Source: Syntrophaceae bacterium
GTDB lineage: Bacteria; Desulfobacterota; Syntrophia; Syntrophales; Smithellaceae
DNA length: 64,000 nucleotides
Assembly: GCA_009773315.1 (NCBI GenBank)
Contig: WRPE01000009.1
Location: forward strand, 1,337 to 65,336
Reading direction: 5' to 3'
In this document: one piece after another, positions 29,455 to 34,960 of the stretch
Numbering within the stretch: position 1 is the stretch's first letter
Layout: each line of letters opens with the position of its first letter
Program-made: the position numbers and the translations under genes
The notes under the pieces: model-generated
Databases searched by the model: none
What the model saw: only the letters and a program-made list of their open reading frames with translations
What the model was told of the DNA's origin: nothing

Positions 29455-30531
29455 TCACTTTTCGTCACGGTTCTTTCCTTTCCCGGCTGAGGCTTCAATC
29501 TGCCTGATCGCTTTGTCGAAATCGCTGATAAACAGCCGGTCCTGAACAATACGGTATTTTTCAAATTCGCTTTCGGCATGGGCTTTGGCGATCTCCGCCG
29601 ACACTTTCCCGGCATCCTGCAAAATTTCGCGGTCGGTGGCTTCGATGAAGCGATTCAAGCGGGTTTCCCAATCTTGCATCGTCACGGGAATTTTGCGCTG
29701 TGCCATGTCTTCTGCAACGTCCAGATAAGCCGACACCAGCCGTTCCAGTTGTGCCATTTCATGTGCGGTAAGATAGTTTTTGGCCACAATAACATCAAAT
29801 TTTTGAATCTTCCCTCTTGGCGCGTCTTTCCAGGTGGTCAGTCCCATGCTCTTTTTTTCGGCATCCGCACGCGAATAGATGACCTCGGCGGCTGTCTGTC
29901 CGTGGATGGCCCAGTGCAATTTATTTTGCACGGTAGCAAAAAAACGCTTGGTGGCCTGGGCTGTTACATCATAGTCGATAGCGGTTGCGTAGATGTCCGT
30001 AATCTTCTGATAGAACATCCGTTCGGAGAGACGAATCTCCCGAATGCGCTGTAACTGTTCTTCAAAATACTGATCACTGAGGATGGTTCCCCCGCTTTTC
30101 AGGCGTTCGTCATCCATGGCGAAGCCCTTGATGGTGAATTCTTCAACGATGCCGGTGGCCCACTTGCGAAATTGCACGGCTCGTTCGGAATTGACCTTAT
30201 AGCCCACCGCTATAATGGTAGCCAGATTGTAGTGTTTGGTGTCGTAAATTTTGCCGTCGGCGGCAGTTATTCGAAAATTTCGAATAACTGATTCCTCCTG
30301 CAACTCGCTATCAGTAAACACCTTTTTCAAGTGATAGTTGATGGTGTGGGTTTCGACATCGTAAAGAACACCCATCATTTTTTGGGTCAACCAAATGTTT
30401 TCATCGGCATAAACCGCTTCCACACCACCCTTGCCGTAGGCGGCAACAAAGGTAAGATATTCCGCAGCCGACGAGCGGACCATGGAAACCTCTTTTTTCA
30501 CGGGAAGGTTCGGTGTCTTTTTTCTATTCAT
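29455..30531 (-). CDS. RhuM-family (virulence_RhuM) putative DNA-binding protein
   Basis: IWLTQKMM, YNLATIIAVGYKVNS.RA.QFRKWAT, IREIRLSERMFYQK and VAKNYL motifs; ATG 30531 overlaps the Mod TGA. Confidence 0.92.
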   Translation of the reverse strand: MNRKKTPNLPVKKEVSMVRSSAAEYLTFVAAYGKGGVEAVYADENIWLTQKMMGVLYDVETHTINYHLKKVFTDSELQEESVIRNFRITAADGKIYDTKHYNLATIIAVGYKVNSERAVQFRKWATGIVEEFTIKGFAMDDERLKSGGTILSDQYFEEQLQRIREIRLSERMFYQKITDIYATAIDYDVTAQATKRFFATVQNKLHWAIHGQTAAEVIYSRADAEKKSMGLTTWKDAPRGKIQKFDVIVAKNYLTAHEMAQLERLVSAYLDVAEDMAQRKIPVTMQDWETRLNRFIEATDREILQDAGKVSAEIAKAHAESEFEKYRIVQDRLFISDFDKAIRQIEASAGKGKNRDEK

Positions 30532-33500
30532 CCTTCCGCCTCCCACATGCGTTTCAGAAATTCCTCTTCAATGAGACGGACTTTCCAGGTGTCGCCTTCC
30601 TGCACAAGATTAGGAAGATTATTGCTGCCGTTGACATAAATTGTATCGAATTCAAAATCCCGTGTGCTGATGCGGTTTTTCTGGAACCATTCATCGAGCA
30701 TGAGATTGTCCTTTTCCAGATCGCCGGTGAGTTTGCGCCACACAATCAGCACCTTTTCCCGCTGGTCATTGTTTGGATTTTGCGGGTCTTTCGGCACCCA
30801 GCCCTCGACCTTGCGGAACCACCAGGAACAATGATCAGTGATCAATGAACAATTACCATCCTTCATTGTTAATTGTTCATTGCTAATTGTTAATTGTCTA
30901 ATCTTAGCATCCACAACCAATTTCGTTTTCTGCTCTTTGGGCACTTCCGGGTCTTCCAGACGCTTGAACGTTGCGGTAAATTCCTGTGGCATAGCGATAT
31001 GGTTTACACGCAGACCGATCAAATAATTAAAGGTCTCTATTAGATCGACATTGCGCACAACATATTCGTCTGTGCCGGGCTTTTTGACCTTTAGTTTGTA
31101 AGCGGTTGGATCGGCAAAGGCATCGATGTTGAGCAGCGATTGACTGTCGCGGGTTTCCACATCCAGCAGATACCGCAGCATGTAATCTTCTTTCAACTCG
31201 GTTTTGGATGCAAGCGCCTTGTCGCGGACAGGGTTTTCATCAAAACGCAGGTTGTTTAATGTATCTTCGTAGGATTCGAGACGCAGGTATTTGAAGCAGT
31301 GGGAAATGCCATTGAACAATGAACAATGATCAGTGACCAATGAACCAACCTTCTTATTGTTTATTGTTGATTGGCCATTGTTCACCAGAATGGGTTTGCC
31401 ATCTTTCCAGTTTGCCGAATAAACTACCTTGGCAATACGGGGCTTGAGGACAGTATCGAAATAGTCACCCATCTCCACAAGGATGTATTTACGTTTGCCA
31501 TCATCCTCACGGTTGTGATTAATGACCGCGTGGCCCGTCGTACCAGAGCCGGCGAAGTAATCAAGAACATTTCCTTTGGGGCTATTTAGAATGCCTGTTA
31601 CCGCAAGGCAATCGCTTACAGCATGTATTGATTTTGGATATGAAAAAGTTTCCTGCTCTCCAAAGATAGCTTTGAGTAAGGCTGTGCCGTGCTCTGTTGC
31701 AGAGTATTTTGAATCGAACCAAAGGGTAGTTGGTTGTATACCTTCATTAGGTCTGCGTCGATAATACACCCTGTATAATCCCGTCTCTTGAATCTCTGCT
31801 TTAAACTCATCGGTTATTTCGATGGCTCTTTCTAATCCAAAATACCAACATCCATCTGTGCCATCATCTTTGATAGGAAATATCTGAATCTCACCTTCGG
31901 CTAGATCTTCTTTGATGCTGTAGCGTTGTGTTATTGTATCAAATTCCATTTTTGGTATTCGTAATTTTCCACTGCTACACTTTAGGTAAAAAGGGTAAAA
32001 CATCGTCGGTCTATTCTCGCGATTTGAATTCGAACCAGCCTTTCTAAACATTTCCCAAAAATATCTTCCTTTCTCGTCGATCTGTCTATACCGCAATCTT
32101 TGTTCTTCGTTATATTCCAACCGTGCGATAGGAAAAGTTGGGTTAGTTTTAGCAAAAACAGCATATTCATGGGAAATGGCAAAACCGTTTGGGATAGGCC
32201 GACCAGACGGTTTTATTCTAATAGCAACGGTTCCGGTAATTTCGCCAAAATTTGACTCAATAACCTGACTAAATATTTTATGTTCAAAATCATCGATCGT
32301 GCAGCAAATAACACCATTTGATGAGCTAAGTAATGGCTTTGCTAATTGAATACCGTTGTTTACCATGCACAACCATGAAGAATGTTTGTAGCTGTTCTTA
32401 TAAGCTATTTCAGACGCAGCAGTATTGTATGGTGGATCGATATAAATTGTTTTCACGTTACCCAAATAACTTTTCTGCAAAAGACTCAGTGCTTGAAAAT
32501 TCTCTGAATGGATCAAAAGGCCATCGCATTGATCATCGAAGCTTTCAATGGCAGCGATTAATAAGGCTTTGAATGCATCATCGAAATATTTCGTATCCAA
32601 CACCAGTTTGTTGTTGGCCTTTAGAAAATCCACGGCAAGTGGCTTAGCATAACCTGGGTTCCCTGTAGTGTCTGGTTCAATATCGTTGATAACAAAGAGT
32701 TTCACCCACTCATCATGCTGCGCTTCATTGGCTGCAATTTCCGGGTAAAGTTCCGCCGGTACGCGGTCAAGGGTTATGCAGTAGTTGGTTTCCACGACAA
32801 ACTTTTTCTTGAGCCAGAGTTTTTTCTGGAATTCTTCAAGCTGGGCAAGAAAGTCAACGAGCTTGCCCGCAATTTTGCGCAGTACCTTGATCTTGGCTAA
32901 ATAACTTTCCACGGCAGGGGCTTCGGCGTTTTCAATGTCGTCCAAACGCATGACTTCATTTTTGATATAAAAATCCAGCTCTCTGCGCAGAAAGCCGCCC
33001 AGGTCTTTGTGAATAAAATAGTCCATGGTATTGCGTGCCGTGTATTGATTGATATACTTGGCCAGCAGGGGCCGGTTGCGGTCGCTTTCCGTGGGTGCCG
33101 GGATTTTGAGAAGACGAAAATAATTGCTGATTTTTGATTTTAGATTTGAGATTTGAAGCCCGAATTTGGAAGCAAGTTCTTCCTCGGATAAATCTACAAT
33201 CTGCACTCCAAAATCTAAAATCGAATCGCTGATTTTTGATTTTTGATTATTGATTTTAGATTGAAGCCCGAATTTTGCGGCAAGTTCTTCCTCGGATAAA
33301 TCTGCAATCTGCAATCCAAAATCTAAAATCGAATCGCTGATTTTTGATTTTTGATTTTTGATTTTAGATTGAAGCCCGAATTTGGAAGCAAGTTCTTCTT
33401 CTGATAAATCTGCAATCTGCAATCCAAAATCTAAAATCGAATCGCTGATTTTTGATTTTTGATTTTTGATTTTTGATTGAAGCCCGAATTTGGAAGCAAG

Positions 33501-34379
33501 TTCTTCCTCGGATAAATCTGCAATCTGCAATCCAAAATCTAAAACCGTCTCTACGGCTTCGTTATTACGCTTGCTGCGCCAGGTGCCTTCCTGTCCTGTC
33601 TTTTCCGGATCAGGACGGTATTCAAAGTTGATCGTCAAATGCCCCGCATCGCTTATCTCAACTGGTTTTTCTTTGTGAATAATAAAATAACGTTTGGTGG
33701 CTTCGGTAGCCCGCACGTTGCCGTGCTCGCCTTCGGTTGCTTCGACAATATGGAAATGGACATAGACCGGATTTTCGGGGATGGAATTGAGCAGCCGCTC
33801 TTCCGGCTTCATGGCCCTGATTTCCGCAGACTGCGTCAAATCAAAGGTGTAGTTGGAAAAATATTCCGTTGTTTTGATGTAATACTGGTCGGCATTGGCC
33901 CAGTGCAGTTTGACTTCTTCGCCGTTATAAGGAATGGCATACGGCGCTGCCTTGCCTGCATTTTCCCTTGTGTAGTAGCGTCGTGAGATAAAATCGCCGT
34001 CTTCATAGTAACGCTCGAAAAAACGATACAGATGATCATACACTTCGCCTTCGCTATTTACCGTATCTTTTAGCGCGTCAAGGGCTGCTTTGGCTTTTTT
34101 AACCGGTTCCGTCTCTTCCGGGTTAGCTGCGCCGAACTCTTTGGCGGTCTGGATTGCTTTTTCATAAGCGGCCTGCAATTCGGCCTTGCGGGGAACGCTC
34201 GCCTGACCGAAAGCATCCGCTACGATTTTTAGCAAATCTTTATCGAGAAATTCCTCTACCTGCTTGCTTTTAGCATGCATGATCCGGTAAAAACCAAAAT
34301 CAAGATCAGGCTGGTCAAGCTGGAACAGCTCTTTGAGTTTTTTGAGCAAACGATCACGAAGTTGCTGTGGTGTAGGCAT
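30528..34379 (-). CDS. Type III-like Mod subunit (amino-DNA methyltransferase, beta class) with in-frame repeat insertions
   Basis: IYIDPPYN precedes LDYFAGSGTTGHAV; MDYFIHKDLGGFLRRELD; YLRLESYEDTLNNL. Confidence 0.92.
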   Translation of the reverse strand: MPTPQQLRDRLLKKLKELFQLDQPDLDFGFYRIMHAKSKQVEEFLDKDLLKIVADAFGQASVPRKAELQAAYEKAIQTAKEFGAANPEETEPVKKAKAALDALKDTVNSEGEVYDHLYRFFERYYEDGDFISRRYYTRENAGKAAPYAIPYNGEEVKLHWANADQYYIKTTEYFSNYTFDLTQSAEIRAMKPEERLLNSIPENPVYVHFHIVEATEGEHGNVRATEATKRYFIIHKEKPVEISDAGHLTINFEYRPDPEKTGQEGTWRSKRNNEAVETVLDFGLQIADLSEEELASKFGLQSKIKNQKSKISDSILDFGLQIADLSEEELASKFGLQSKIKNQKSKISDSILDFGLQIADLSEEELAAKFGLQSKINNQKSKISDSILDFGVQIVDLSEEELASKFGLQISNLKSKISNYFRLLKIPAPTESDRNRPLLAKYINQYTARNTMDYFIHKDLGGFLRRELDFYIKNEVMRLDDIENAEAPAVESYLAKIKVLRKIAGKLVDFLAQLEEFQKKLWLKKKFVVETNYCITLDRVPAELYPEIAANEAQHDEWVKLFVINDIEPDTTGNPGYAKPLAVDFLKANNKLVLDTKYFDDAFKALLIAAIESFDDQCDGLLIHSENFQALSLLQKSYLGNVKTIYIDPPYNTAASEIAYKNSYKHSSWLCMVNNGIQLAKPLLSSSNGVICCTIDDFEHKIFSQVIESNFGEITGTVAIRIKPSGRPIPNGFAISHEYAVFAKTNPTFPIARLEYNEEQRLRYRQIDEKGRYFWEMFRKAGSNSNRENRPTMFYPFYLKCSSGKLRIPKMEFDTITQRYSIKEDLAEGEIQIFPIKDDGTDGCWYFGLERAIEITDEFKAEIQETGLYRVYYRRRPNEGIQPTTLWFDSKYSATEHGTALLKAIFGEQETFSYPKSIHAVSDCLAVTGILNSPKGNVLDYFAGSGTTGHAVINHNREDDGKRKYILVEMGDYFDTVLKPRIAKVVYSANWKDGKPILVNNGQSTINNKKVGSLVTDHCSLFNGISHCFKYLRLESYEDTLNNLRFDENPVRDKALASKTELKEDYMLRYLLDVETRDSQSLLNIDAFADPTAYKLKVKKPGTDEYVVRNVDLIETFNYLIGLRVNHIAMPQEFTATFKRLEDPEVPKEQKTKLVVDAKIRQLTISNEQLTMKDGNCSLITDHCSWWFRKVEGWVPKDPQNPNNDQREKVLIVWRKLTGDLEKDNLMLDEWFQKNRISTRDFEFDTIYVNGSNNLPNLVQEGDTWKVRLIEEEFLKRMWEAEG
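30826..30897 (-). repeat. In-frame family-B heptamer hairpin in mod (C-terminal site)
   Basis: CAATTAA CAATTAG CAATGAA CAATTAA CAATGAA-GGATGG-TAATTG TTCATTG ATCACTG ATCATTG TTC; encodes QLTISNEQLTMKDGNCSLITDHCS. Confidence 0.9.
31313..31384 (-). repeat. In-frame family-B heptamer hairpin in mod
   Basis: TGAA CAATGGC CAATCAA CAATAAA CAATAAG-AAGGTTGG-TTCATTG GTCACTG ATCATTG TTCATTG TTCA; encodes VNNGQSTINNKKVGSLVTDHCSLF. Confidence 0.9.
33129..33544 (-). repeat. About four tandem 108-bp in-frame units in mod, each a family-A heptamer hairpin
   Basis: AAGCCCGAATTT recurs at 33156, 33264, 33372 and 33480; 36-aa unit DSILDFGLQIADLSEEELASKFGLQSKIKNQKSKIS. Confidence 0.95.
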
Positions 34380-34394
34380 AAATCAATCTCCAAT

Positions 34395-34520
34395 TCTACA
34401 ATTACCAATTAACAATTTACAATTAACAATTAACAATTTACAATTAACAATTAACAATTAACAATTACCAGTTTACTGTTCGTTGTTCATTGTTCATTGA
34501 TAATTGTTTTTTGTTCATTG
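34395..34520 (-). repeat. Heptamer array B, downstream block: 7 CAATGAA-type units then about 11 complementary TTGTTAA-type units
   Basis: 7-nt phase unbroken from the 4HB stop (CAA TGA) to just before the GGAG RBS of mod. Confidence 0.95.
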
Positions 34521-34895
34521 TTTATTTATTCTCGTTTTCTTTAGCACGGCAAACAGGATTGCCGCCACTTCATCTACATCGTTAAAAATACTTTTGTAAG
34601 ATATATCATCTAAATAGCCGGTATCTTTGAGAAGGTTTAGCCAATACTTCGTTTCTTGCGCTTCCTTGTACGCAATGGAAACCTTGGCCGAAAAATCGGC
34701 TTCAGAAATAGCCCCATTCGCTTCAGACAAATTCGCGCCAATAGAAGTCCCCGATTTGAGTAATTGCTTGGACAGCACATACTCCCGTTTCTGTTCACAC
34801 AGATGTTTGTATAGATTGACGATACGAACGGCCAACGCATAAGCTTTCTCATAAGCAGGATTCGGTTTGTTTTTTGCCACCTGATCATTGATCAT
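34515..34895 (-). CDS. Four-helix-bundle protein B (23S-IVS protein/Avd-like family)
   Basis: KAYALAVRIVNLYK...EYVLSKQLLKSGTSIGAN.SEA.GAISEADF.AK.SIAYKEA.ET.YWL. Confidence 0.93.
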   Translation of the reverse strand: MINDQVAKNKPNPAYEKAYALAVRIVNLYKHLCEQKREYVLSKQLLKSGTSIGANLSEANGAISEADFSAKVSIAYKEAQETKYWLNLLKDTGYLDDISYKSIFNDVDEVAAILFAVLKKTRINKQ

Positions 34896-34960
34896 CGTTC
34901 ACTGTCCATTGCTACTTGCTTATTGCCAATTGTTAATTGTTTACTGTTAATTGATCATTG
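34884..34960 (-). repeat. Heptamer array B, upstream arm (11 phased CAATTAA/CAATGAT-type units)
   Basis: Starts immediately after the SNF2 TGA and runs through the 4HB ATG. Confidence 0.93.

Noticed and set aside
33129-33544. CRISPR array
   Set aside because: The would-be spacers are near-identical, the 108-bp units lie in frame in a CDS, and there are no cas genes.
29035-34895. Complete diversity-generating retroelement (Avd-like genes)
   Set aside because: No reverse transcriptase and no TR/VR pair with adenine-specific mismatches seen in the window.
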